Below are positions 27,249-34,435 of a DNA stretch of 34,435 nt, piece by piece. Position 1 is the first letter of the stretch; each line of letters begins with the position of its first letter. The notes under the pieces are model-generated. The model saw nothing but the letters and a program-made list of their open reading frames with translations. It ran no database searches and had not been told where the DNA came from. The DNA lies in assembly GCA_030654105.1 (NCBI GenBank), contig JAURYC010000276.1:1-34435 (forward strand), read 5' to 3'. A program made the position numbers and the translations under genes. Source of the DNA: Deltaproteobacteria bacterium (GTDB lineage: Bacteria > Desulfobacterota > SM23-61).

Positions 27249-28004
27249 TCAATGGTGATGGCAGATAAGATGATGTTCGCCGTGCAGAAGTTCTTGGACC
27301 ATCTGGGAGCTGCAAAATTCTTCGTGGGTCCCATGGAAAAACAGGCGCTGGTTAAGGCAAGCGACCTTGTTCGCGTGCTTGGTGATGATTCCAAAATCAT
27401 GGGTGATGAGGACAATTGTCAAGCCTTCCTTACGGTTAAGTTCGGCGAGCATGTCGTAAAAACGGGTCTGAGTATCTGCGTCCACCCCGGCTGTAGGCTC
27501 GTCCAGGAAAAGAACGTCTGGGCCATTGACAATGGCCCGGGCAATGAATACTCGTTGCTGCTGCCCCCCGGAAAGTTCCCCAATTCGCCGGCTTTTCAGC
27601 CCTTTTAAGCCCACTCGATCTAACGCTTGATCGATGGATAACTCATCCTGCCGGGTTAGCAGGCGAGGAAATCGCTTGAGGGAGATAAGCCCCATGGCCA
27701 CCACCTCCCGAACGGAAGCAGGAAAGAAAGAATCCAGGTGAGTGGCTTTCTGGGGAACATACCCGATCCTCTGCCATTGAGTGAATTGTTCGGCCTTTTC
27801 CCCCATCAAAAAGACCCGCCCCTCTGTTGGTTTCACGAGCCCGAGAATAATGCGAATGAGGGTAGTCTTCCCTGACCCGTTGGGGCCTATCAAAGCCAAA
27901 AAATCGCCAGCAGAAATGGCAAAAGAGACCTCTTTTAACACTTGCAGGCCCTGCCAATCGAGCGAGACATTCTCTACGTGAATTAAGGGGTTGTTACTGG
28001 TCAC
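27249..28004 (-). CDS. znuC: Metal (Zn/Mn) ABC transporter ATP-binding protein
   Basis: Walker A GPNGSGKTT, signature LSGGQQQR and Walker B VLFLDEP are present. The GTG start overlaps the upstream gene by 11 nt. Confidence 0.85.
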   Translation of the reverse strand: MTSNNPLIHVENVSLDWQGLQVLKEVSFAISAGDFLALIGPNGSGKTTLIRIILGLVKPTEGRVFLMGEKAEQFTQWQRIGYVPQKATHLDSFFPASVREVVAMGLISLKRFPRLLTRQDELSIDQALDRVGLKGLKSRRIGELSGGQQQRVFIARAIVNGPDVLFLDEPTAGVDADTQTRFYDMLAELNRKEGLTIVLITHDFGIITKHANKVACLNQRLFFHGTHEEFCSSQMVQELLHGEHHLICHHH

Positions 28005-28959
28005 AACCCAGCCCCCGCCGTAAATTATTTAGGTTTATTTCCATCAATTCCAGAAAAGTCGTTTTATTTTTCATCTGCTCTTTGGTTACATTGTGTCCCG
28101 TATGGAGGAGCAACGTGCCAAGGCCTGCTTCCTTGGCCAGCACTTGGGCCAACTTGGGGTTCACCAGGCTTTCAAAAAAGATAAACTTGACTTTATGGTT
28201 TTTTGCTGCCTGGACGACTTCGGCCAATTTTTTAGGAGTAGGTTCAGCATTGGGACTGATCCCATAGAGGGCGATTTGTTGCAAGCCGTACCTTTGGGTT
28301 AAGTAACCAAAGGCCGAATGACCTCCCAGGATCATCTGGCGCTGGCGACATTGCGATAAAGAAGACCCGTATTTCCGGTCCAGAGCATCCAATTTTGATT
28401 TATAAGCTATAGCATTCGTCCTGTAATGGGCGGCATTGGCTGGATCTTTTTCAGATAAGGCTGAGGCGATCATTTCGACAATGTTCATGTCCAGGGAGAA
28501 GTCCAGCCAGATATGGGGGTCATTTTTTCCCCCCTGTCCGCGGCCGGAGGGCATTTGTGCTCCATGGGTATGATCCTTAGTCTCCAGCAAGGCTATCCCT
28601 CGACTGGCTTCCAATACTTGCAAGCGGCTACTTTTGGTGGCCTTCAGTAGGTCTTCTACCCAGGGCTCCATGGCTCGGCCAGTATAAATAAAAATGTCAG
28701 CCTGGTTGATTTTGGTTACCTCACTGGGTTTGGGTTCCCAGTTATGCGGTTCTGCTCCCGGGGGGAGAAGCAAATCCACCTGCACCTTTTCCTCTCCTAC
28801 GGATCTGGCGAACTCCTGCCAAGGGAAGAGGGTAGTGACAATTTTTAATTTCGGCTGGGAATGGCCGGAAGAAGGAGCAACCAGCAGGAATAATAAAAAT
28901 CCCATGCAGAAGAAGGAAATCGTTCTTGGGAATGAAAGTCTGAAGGGTTCATTTTTCAT
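27994..28959 (-). CDS. znuA: Metal (probably zinc) ABC transporter substrate-binding protein, ZnuA/TroA cluster-9 family
   Basis: A signal peptide is followed by a cluster-9 SBP layout with a His-containing loop (KDHTHGAQMPSGRGQGGKNDPHIW). Zn versus Mn specificity is not provable from sequence. Confidence 0.8.
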   Translation of the reverse strand: MKNEPFRLSFPRTISFFCMGFLLFLLVAPSSGHSQPKLKIVTTLFPWQEFARSVGEEKVQVDLLLPPGAEPHNWEPKPSEVTKINQADIFIYTGRAMEPWVEDLLKATKSSRLQVLEASRGIALLETKDHTHGAQMPSGRGQGGKNDPHIWLDFSLDMNIVEMIASALSEKDPANAAHYRTNAIAYKSKLDALDRKYGSSLSQCRQRQMILGGHSAFGYLTQRYGLQQIALYGISPNAEPTPKKLAEVVQAAKNHKVKFIFFESLVNPKLAQVLAKEAGLGTLLLHTGHNVTKEQMKNKTTFLELMEINLNNLRRGLGCDQ

Positions 28960-29004
28960 TAGAAGTTAGTCTTTCCGTATCATGGTTCATGCCGATTCCA
29001 AAAA

Positions 29005-29079
29005 ACGCAGATAAATTTCCCGTCTATAAAGGGGGGGAAGATCTGTTGTTTCTGCGGAAATCGGCGAAAATCTGCGTCC
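29005..29079. repeat. CGCAGAT/ATCTGCG heptamer cluster A (inverted pair) in the znuA-PAP2 divergent region
   Basis: ACGCAGAT at 29005-29012 faces ATCTGCGTCC at 29070-29079, with a degenerate TTCTGCGG at 29050-29057. Confidence 0.6.
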
Positions 29080-29292
29080 GATTTTATTAATAATATCCTA
29101 CTGATTCTATCGATTTCATCGGAGAGTTGCAAGAAGTTTTTGGCATGCCATTCCGTTTCAAGAATCAAAAAAGATAGACAGCAAAGGGAAAATTCTATAA
29201 AATGTTTCTGGGGTTTTTTTGAGCCTTGACAATTTTCCGCATTTTCTCCAATAGATTTACCCTTATTCATCTAAGGTTAGCCTGGGATTTTT

Positions 29293-29868
29293 ATGATTTC
29301 AGTATTGAGTTCATGGGATATTACTCTTTTTCGCCTCATTAACGGGCAGGGGCATAATTATTTCCTGGATTGGTTCATGCCTTTCATGACCAACTTGAAT
29401 AATTTTACTTTCGTACTCGTGGCCATGGGGTTCTGGATTCTCTGGAGGGAGAGGAAAGCCGGGGTTATTTTTTTGGTTTTTATCGGGCTTACCTTGGCGA
29501 TCACTGACCCATTTTCCAGCCGCTTGCTTAAAGATTGGTTGGGACGGGTACGCCCCTGTCATGTACTCGAAGAGGTCCGTCTGCTCACGGATTGTAACAC
29601 CTCCTATTCTTTCCCTTCTTCCCATGCTGTGAACATTTTTGCCGCGGCCTTTTTTCTCTCCCAACCCTTGAAAAAATTATCTCCCCTGTTCTTTGGTATT
29701 GCCGGGATTGTAGGGTACTCGCGGATCTATATTGGTATCCATTATCCTTTGGACGTTATCGGGGGGGCGGCCATCGGTCTGCTTATTGCCTGGCCGATGC
29801 GGTGGCTGAAAGATCAAGTCGTGGCGCGGTGGATAAAATCCCCCGCTTGGAGGGTTGACAAAAAATAG
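29293..29868 (+). CDS. PAP2-family (type 2 phosphatidic acid / undecaprenyl-PP) phosphatase
   Basis: All three PAP2 motifs are present: KDWLGRVRP, PSSH and SRIYIGIHYPLD. The protein is polytopic. Confidence 0.8.
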   Translation: MISVLSSWDITLFRLINGQGHNYFLDWFMPFMTNLNNFTFVLVAMGFWILWRERKAGVIFLVFIGLTLAITDPFSSRLLKDWLGRVRPCHVLEEVRLLTDCNTSYSFPSSHAVNIFAAAFFLSQPLKKLSPLFFGIAGIVGYSRIYIGIHYPLDVIGGAAIGLLIAWPMRWLKDQVVARWIKSPAWRVDKK

Positions 29869-29878
29869 AAAAATGATT

Positions 29879-30087
29879 GGACGCAGATTCACCCTGTTAG
29901 ATGTTTAATATCTAACAGGGTAAACGCAGATTTTCAGGATTTTATACTCAGCAAACTACAGTTAAAAGAAAAGGGAAACATTAAAAAAATTCGAACGGCG
30001 TGAGAGCGCAAAGTGCATTTACGCCTGACGCCTGGCGACTTACGGTTTAATATTTTTATCTGCGTTTATCTGCGCCAATCTGCGTCC
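29879..30087. repeat. 209-bp element bounded by perfect 11-bp inverted repeats of the CGCAGAT family
   Basis: GGACGCAGATT (29879-29889) faces AATCTGCGTCC (30077-30087). A perfect 12-bp hairpin ACCCTGTTAGAT/ATCTAACAGGGT (29891-29902 / 29910-29921) is flanked by direct ACGCAGATT copies (29881, 29924). Three ATCTGCG copies sit at 30058, 30068 and 30078. Confidence 0.6.
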
Positions 30088-30128
30088 TAATGAATTATCC
30101 TCATGAATTAAATGAAAGGCGATAAAAG

Positions 30129-31730
30129 ATGAGAAACAATGCAGAAATCGTTGTAGAAGCACTGGAGCGAATCGGAACCCGATATGTTTTCGGATATCCC
30201 GGAGGGCAGAACGCTCGGTTTATCGAAGCCATCCACGGTAGTAAAACCGAATTTGTGCTGGTGACCCATGAAGCCTGCGCGGGTTTCATGGCCGATGTCT
30301 ATGGGCGCCTTACAGGAAAGCCCGGGGCCTGTCTTTCTACCTTGGGCCCGGGGGCGACCAACATGACCACGGGCGTGGGGAACGCTTTCTTGGACCGGGT
30401 CCCGCTTCTGGCCTTTACGGCTCAGATGGGAAAATTTTGGCAAGGGCGGACGGTGCAGATGCATATCGATCATCAGAAACTTTACGCACCGATTACCAAA
30501 TGGAGCGTGGCGCTGGAAACCGGCAAGGTTTTTTCCACGATGAAGAAGGCTGCGGAAATATCCCTGGCTGAGCAGCCCGGTCCCGTTCATCTGGATTTTC
30601 CCGAAGACATGGCTGATGAGCTTTCGGCTGAGAAACCCGGAGATTTTTCTCCCTCCCCTCGTCCTCTCCCTCCTTTCGACCAAGAGGCGTTAAAAAAAGC
30701 CGAAGCATTGATCCGCCAAGCCCAATATCCGATTGTGGCTGTGGGATTGACCATGAATCGGGCCGGGGCAACAAAAGAACTCAGGGAGTTTGTCGCCAAA
30801 CATCGCCTCCCCGTCGTCACCACCTTGATGGCCAAGGGGCAGATAGCGGAAGAAGGATCCCAGTTTGTGGGGGTTGTAGGCCGGGCGCGCAGGGACATCG
30901 TCGCCGAATACTACAAGCCTGCCGACCTGGTCATTGCCATCGGCTATGACCCGGTTGAGTTCAATTACGAAGATTGGGTGCGCAAAGACCTTCCGCTTGT
31001 TCACATCGACACAGTTCCTGCGGACATCGCCAGCGGGTATTCAGTCCCCGGTCAGGTTATTGGGGATATCCGGGAAATCCTCAAGAGCCTATCGGGATTG
31101 GACAAAGTGCAGCACCGCTGGGACTTAGAAGCGCTGCGGGCTCATCGGCAGAAGCTTTACCGGGCCTTGACTCCGCCGCAGGCGAATTTTTCACCCCACC
31201 ACGCCCTTCTGGCCATGCGGGAAATCCTTCCAGCGGACGGCATTCTGGTGGCCGACGTGGGAGCGCATACCCACATTATCGGCCAGCTTTGGGATACGAA
31301 AGGGCCAGGGAATTTCCTCGTTTCCAATGGCTGGTCTTCCATGGGTTTCGGCATCCCAGCAGCCATCGCTGCCAAACTGGTACTGCCGGAGCGGCCTGTA
31401 GTGGCCTGCGTTGGCGATGGCGGATTTCTGATGATGGTAGGGGAGATTAACACGGCCGTGCGCTTGAAGCTTCCAGTTGTTTTTGTGGTCTTGCGCGATT
31501 CCTTTCTGAGCCTGATCAAAGTGAAACAGAGTCGAAAGGAATATCACCGGTATGGCGTAGAGATCTTTGGCCCTGAATATGCTTCGAGCGATAACTTCTT
31601 CGGGGCGAAGGTGGTAGTGACCCGGGCGGAAGAAGAGTTCCGCGATGCTTTGCAACGAGGGCTGGAGGGGAATGAGCCCTTGGTCATCGAGGCGGTGGTA
31701 GACCCGACGGAATACGACGTCATTATTTAA
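30129..31730 (+). CDS. Thiamine-diphosphate-dependent enzyme of the acetolactate synthase large-subunit family
   Basis: 533-aa ORF with an N-terminal Pyr domain (VFGYPGG) and the ThDP-binding motif GDGGFLMMVGEINTAVRLKLPVVFVVLRD. There is no adjacent small subunit, so substrate specificity is unknown. Confidence 0.8.
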   Translation: MRNNAEIVVEALERIGTRYVFGYPGGQNARFIEAIHGSKTEFVLVTHEACAGFMADVYGRLTGKPGACLSTLGPGATNMTTGVGNAFLDRVPLLAFTAQMGKFWQGRTVQMHIDHQKLYAPITKWSVALETGKVFSTMKKAAEISLAEQPGPVHLDFPEDMADELSAEKPGDFSPSPRPLPPFDQEALKKAEALIRQAQYPIVAVGLTMNRAGATKELREFVAKHRLPVVTTLMAKGQIAEEGSQFVGVVGRARRDIVAEYYKPADLVIAIGYDPVEFNYEDWVRKDLPLVHIDTVPADIASGYSVPGQVIGDIREILKSLSGLDKVQHRWDLEALRAHRQKLYRALTPPQANFSPHHALLAMREILPADGILVADVGAHTHIIGQLWDTKGPGNFLVSNGWSSMGFGIPAAIAAKLVLPERPVVACVGDGGFLMMVGEINTAVRLKLPVVFVVLRDSFLSLIKVKQSRKEYHRYGVEIFGPEYASSDNFFGAKVVVTRAEEEFRDALQRGLEGNEPLVIEAVVDPTEYDVII

Positions 31731-31775
31731 ACCTCCGGGCATGGAGTAGCAAATTGGAAAAAAAATAAAAAAATA

Positions 31776-31804
31776 TTGACAAAAGCTTAAAAAAATCATA
31801 TATT
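31776..31804 (+). promoter_or_regulatory. Near-consensus sigma70 promoter upstream of the PxxKW gene
   Basis: TTGACA (31776-31781), an exact 17-nt spacer, then TATATT (31799-31804), embedded in an A/T-rich UP-like context. Confidence 0.55.
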
Positions 31805-31848
31805 AAATTATAACTTAAAGCTCTCCTAAATAAACTTTTCCGGGGGGC

Positions 31849-31889
31849 AAAAACAAATGATCAGGTCTTTGACCTGATCATTTGTTTTT
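31849..31889 (+). terminator. Perfect 19-bp hairpin (terminator, attenuator or operator) 15 nt upstream of the PxxKW start
   Basis: AAAAACAAATGATCAGGTC (31849-31867), loop TTT, then GACCTGATCATTTGTTTTT (31871-31889). The A-tract/T-tract arms give it a bidirectional terminator shape. Confidence 0.6.
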
Positions 31890-31903
31890 ATAGGAGGTCG
31901 GAG

Positions 31904-32191
31904 ATGGTTTGTGAAGTGATCAAAGTTGGGAGGGAGTGCGCCTTCATGAGCAAGAAGGGATGCTCCTTCAATGGAGGGAAATGCTATCCGATTGTTGACC
32001 GCTGCCAGGGTTGTGAGCGAATGGCAGGGTTCCCTGCAGGCGAATACTGTATTGCTTGCCCGGACCCGGCAGCAAAATGGTCTGGTCGCGACTGCAATTT
32101 AGCTACGCATATCGTAAAAGAAAAGGCTCCTGAGGTTACTAAGCCAGTTAATCCCCTCAAGGCTTCCAAGAGAAAAGCTGCCGGAAGATAA
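31904..32191 (+). CDS. PxxKW-family cysteine-rich small protein
   Basis: 95 aa behind AGGAGG. It has nine Cys, including CQGC and CIAC pairs, and the CPDPAAKW motif (PxxKW). The C-terminal tail is Lys-rich. The family name is recalled from memory of database annotations. Confidence 0.6.
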   Translation: MVCEVIKVGRECAFMSKKGCSFNGGKCYPIVDRCQGCERMAGFPAGEYCIACPDPAAKWSGRDCNLATHIVKEKAPEVTKPVNPLKASKRKAAGR

Positions 32192-32316
32192 TCTTTCTGC
32201 GGAATTGCCTTTTTTTAATACCTCTAAAAATGATTAGAACTGCACAGTTAAAGGCCGAGTGTATTCCTCCCAGATGATTATGGTTTGCGGAGGGATCCCT
32301 GGCCTGGAAAAGGTTC

Positions 32317-32345
32317 TTGACACAGGCCTTAGATTCATTTAGAAT
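32317..32345 (+). promoter_or_regulatory. Sigma70-like promoter of tRNA-fMet
   Basis: TTGACA (32317-32322), a 17-nt spacer, then TAGAAT (32340-32345). The mature tRNA 5' end lies 13 nt downstream. Confidence 0.6.
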
Positions 32346-32357
32346 TGAATAAAATGA

Positions 32358-32434
<77 letters not shown>

Positions 32435-32446
32435 AAGTTAAATCAA

Positions 32447-32478
32447 GGGGTTAGATGACAAATCTGACCCCTTTTTTT
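32447..32478 (+). terminator. Rho-independent terminator of tRNA-fMet
   Basis: A 10-bp stem GGGGTTAGAT/ATCTGACCCC (one G-U pair) with loop GACAA is followed by TTTTTTT (32472-32478). Confidence 0.8.
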
Positions 32479-33480
32479 AATAGCCAAAATCTGATTCCCA
32501 CCTCTATTCCCACCAGTCCTTTTGTTAATCTATGGCATTAAATGAAGCTTCCCACCCTCCTCCATCCTCCCTCCGTCTCCCCATCCATCTTCACTCCCAC
32601 ATCTTGACCACTCTCTTAGCCGGTATCTTGATCTCCGCCCCCGATTGATGAATTGTGGTCAGTACGCGAGGTAGGATTCGATGGAAGGAATTTTTTAGTA
32701 CCAGAAAGGAATAAAGGGGGGATTCTTGCTTTGGGGGGTGGGCAGTAGCTTCGGTGTTGCAAGGACTGTTGATGCCGTCTTGTGGGAAAACTCGGATTTT
32801 TTTCATGAGCCCAAACAGCGCTATGAAGAGTTATTGGAAGTGGGAGATTCGTTGCTTCCTCTTATGGCGGATTCGGAGATCAATAGCTGGCGTTTTCTTG
32901 TCATGCCCCGGATGGTTTCATTTATGGCTTTTGCTCGCCTATCCAGGTCATCAAATTTTGCGTCCTTCCCCCTAATTTCTGAATCTCCCCGGCAGGGCTG
33001 GAGGCGGAGGACAGCTCGATCCTTTTGTATCTCGGCCAGTTCCTTTTGCAGATCCCGTATTTGATTTTCGAGTTGCTTGATCATTTTTCCTTAGGTTTGG
33101 CCACCTTGACCTTAGGCCGAAGGTAGGGGTCTGGAAACATTTCTGCTTGGGTGTGTATGGTAACGACTCCAGAATAATTTTGGTTTTTTGATCCGCTGTC
33201 ATAGCGTTTGTTTTTGTGGATTGTTTTTCGGGAAAATATACAATACACGCCGAAATTATTATATAAGTTTCTTGATTTTTTTGCAAATTTCAACTATAAG
33301 TAGGGTAGCCTGTGGCATACAAAGTAAAGAAACCAAAATAATTAAAAACAACAAAAATTTAGTTTAAAAAATGATAAGGAATGCGGGTATTATCTGTTTT
33401 GGGGGTTATTCATGATTTAAAATGACCATCTTGGTCATTTTAAAAAGAGGTTATCGTTTTTTTCCTTAACGTTGACCGCG

Positions 33481-34281
33481 ATGAAGACAACAAATCTAGA
33501 TTTAACCTACATTATAATCCAGCCTGGGGTGTCTGAAAAAATGGAAAGGTCGGGTTTTGTGACCGAAAGCCGGATTCAAAGCGGACTGTATTATTTTTTT
33601 CAAAAGATTGTTTTGACTTTTGCTTATTTTATTCTTCACATTTTTGCAGATTTAAAAATAGACGGCAGGGAAAACGTCAAGAATATAAGAGGGGGGCCGC
33701 TTATAATTATCGCCAACCATAAGAGTTTTCTGGATCCTTTAATAATCGGGCTTTGTTTTCCGTTTTTTTCGAAAATATATCCTTTACGGTTCATTGCCAA
33801 AGACACATTTTTCAAGAATCCTATTGGCTGGATTTTTTACAAATCTGTGGGGGCCTTTCCTGCCTGCAAAGGTCAAGGGCTGGCGGCATCCCTAAAGATA
33901 CCTTCACAAATCTTGAGAGAAGGGGGGGTGGTCATGTTTTTCCCCGAAGGAATACGTATAAGAGAAGATTGTTTAGGCCAACCAAAGATTGGAGCGGCAA
34001 AATTGGCCTCGCATTTTCCAGAGGTCCCGATTATTCCTATTGCAATTTCCAATACTCATAAGGTTGGCCATTTTGGGTTGCTTTATAAGAGGTCGAGACT
34101 ACGGGTCAAGATCGGCGAGCCGTTCGATTATAAAGACAAGGCTTTTCAGCTTCCAGCGGAAACCGGCATCAAAATTTTGATGGGGGAGATTGAAAAAAGT
34201 TACAAGGAAACACCGACATGTCGTTTTCAGCATCCCGAAAATCCTGCACCGATACCTTCCACACTTCCAAAAATTTTTTAA
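33481..34281 (+). CDS. 1-acyl-sn-glycerol-3-phosphate (lysophospholipid) acyltransferase, PlsC family
   Basis: The HX4D motif (IIANHKSFLDPL) and FFPEGIR motif are present. The start is uncertain (TTG 33472, ATG 33481 or ATG 33541). GC is visibly lower than in the upstream core genes. Confidence 0.75.
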   Translation: MKTTNLDLTYIIIQPGVSEKMERSGFVTESRIQSGLYYFFQKIVLTFAYFILHIFADLKIDGRENVKNIRGGPLIIIANHKSFLDPLIIGLCFPFFSKIYPLRFIAKDTFFKNPIGWIFYKSVGAFPACKGQGLAASLKIPSQILREGGVVMFFPEGIRIREDCLGQPKIGAAKLASHFPEVPIIPIAISNTHKVGHFGLLYKRSRLRVKIGEPFDYKDKAFQLPAETGIKILMGEIEKSYKETPTCRFQHPENPAPIPSTLPKIF

Positions 34282-34435
34282 AGGGTGTTTATTACAAACC
34301 GTAATTGATGATTGGTAACTTCCAATCCCCAAAATCGTCTATAATGAAGCTCTAATATAGAGAGAATGAATGTGGAGACTAAATACCTAAGAATGATCCA
34401 AGGGATGAAGAGAAGGGGGCGAAAGGATTGGACAG

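Noticed and set aside
28980-29270. 96-aa minus-strand ORF in the znuA-PAP2 spacer
   Set aside because: Its middle is a translation of the CGCAGAT repeat cluster (SDADFRRFPQKQQIF). It has no SD and no recognisable fold, so it is most likely a repeat-derived artefact.
30108-30683. 191-aa minus-strand ORF
   Set aside because: It is antisense to the ThDP-enzyme gene and has no motifs.
32435-33480. att-site duplication of the tRNA-fMet 3' end
   Set aside because: I looked for a second copy of GGTTCAAATCCAAGCCCCGCTACCA or its 3' half downstream and saw none within the window. Island boundaries therefore cannot be defined here.
34366-34435. Possible gene start (ATG 34366, MNVETKYLRMIQGMKRRGRKDW...) running off the window end
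   Set aside because: Only 23 codons are visible, the SD is weak and no motif is present, so this cannot be supported as a feature.

Overview
This window looks like a chromosomal segment from an anaerobic bacterium of roughly 50% GC by eye. The gene content (Fe-S and flavin redox enzymes, acyl-CoA metabolism, a PxxKW-type Cys-rich protein) fits a Desulfobacterota/Syntrophia-like or Nitrospirota-like organism, but the taxon is only an inference. Most of the window is core metabolism. It holds a glk-rpiB-pgi sugar-phosphate operon, carB, a purF-type amidotransferase, trmO, eno and mutM. It also holds a Crp/Fnr regulator next to a thiol/Fe-S redox cluster (TlpA-like, DUF1858, 2x[4Fe-4S] ferredoxin, Nfu, 2,4-dienoyl-CoA-reductase-like enzyme, Fe-S flavoprotein). 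Further genes are an acyl-CoA dehydrogenase, an XRE-cupin regulator and an acyl-CoA synthetase, then a znuABC-like operon followed by a long-form serine acetyltransferase. The right end carries a PAP2 phosphatase, an acetolactate-synthase-like ThDP enzyme, a PxxKW Cys-rich protein, an initiator tRNA-fMet and a PlsC-like acyltransferase. I found no CRISPR array, no intact transposase or integrase, and no recognisable defence or toxin-antitoxin operon. The unusual signals are mostly non-coding: (1) a 169-bp MITE-like element with a 9-bp direct flanking repeat and internal twin hairpins (19878-20046); (2) an ATCTGCG/CGCAGAT heptamer family in three clusters that bracket the PAP2 gene, including three copies phased at exactly 10 bp; (3) a near-consensus promoter followed by a perfect 19-bp hairpin just upstream of the PxxKW gene; (4) a gene-poor, lower-GC, about 1-kb region after tRNA-fMet with a CCTCC-rich polypyrimidine tract and a possible integrase remnant; (5) a large AT-rich composite palindrome upstream of carB. 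The main protein-level oddity is a SprT-like metalloprotease fused to DUF2786 and an unassigned C-terminal domain. None of these can be shown to be a new system from sequence alone. All family assignments are from motif recognition by eye, with no searches run.
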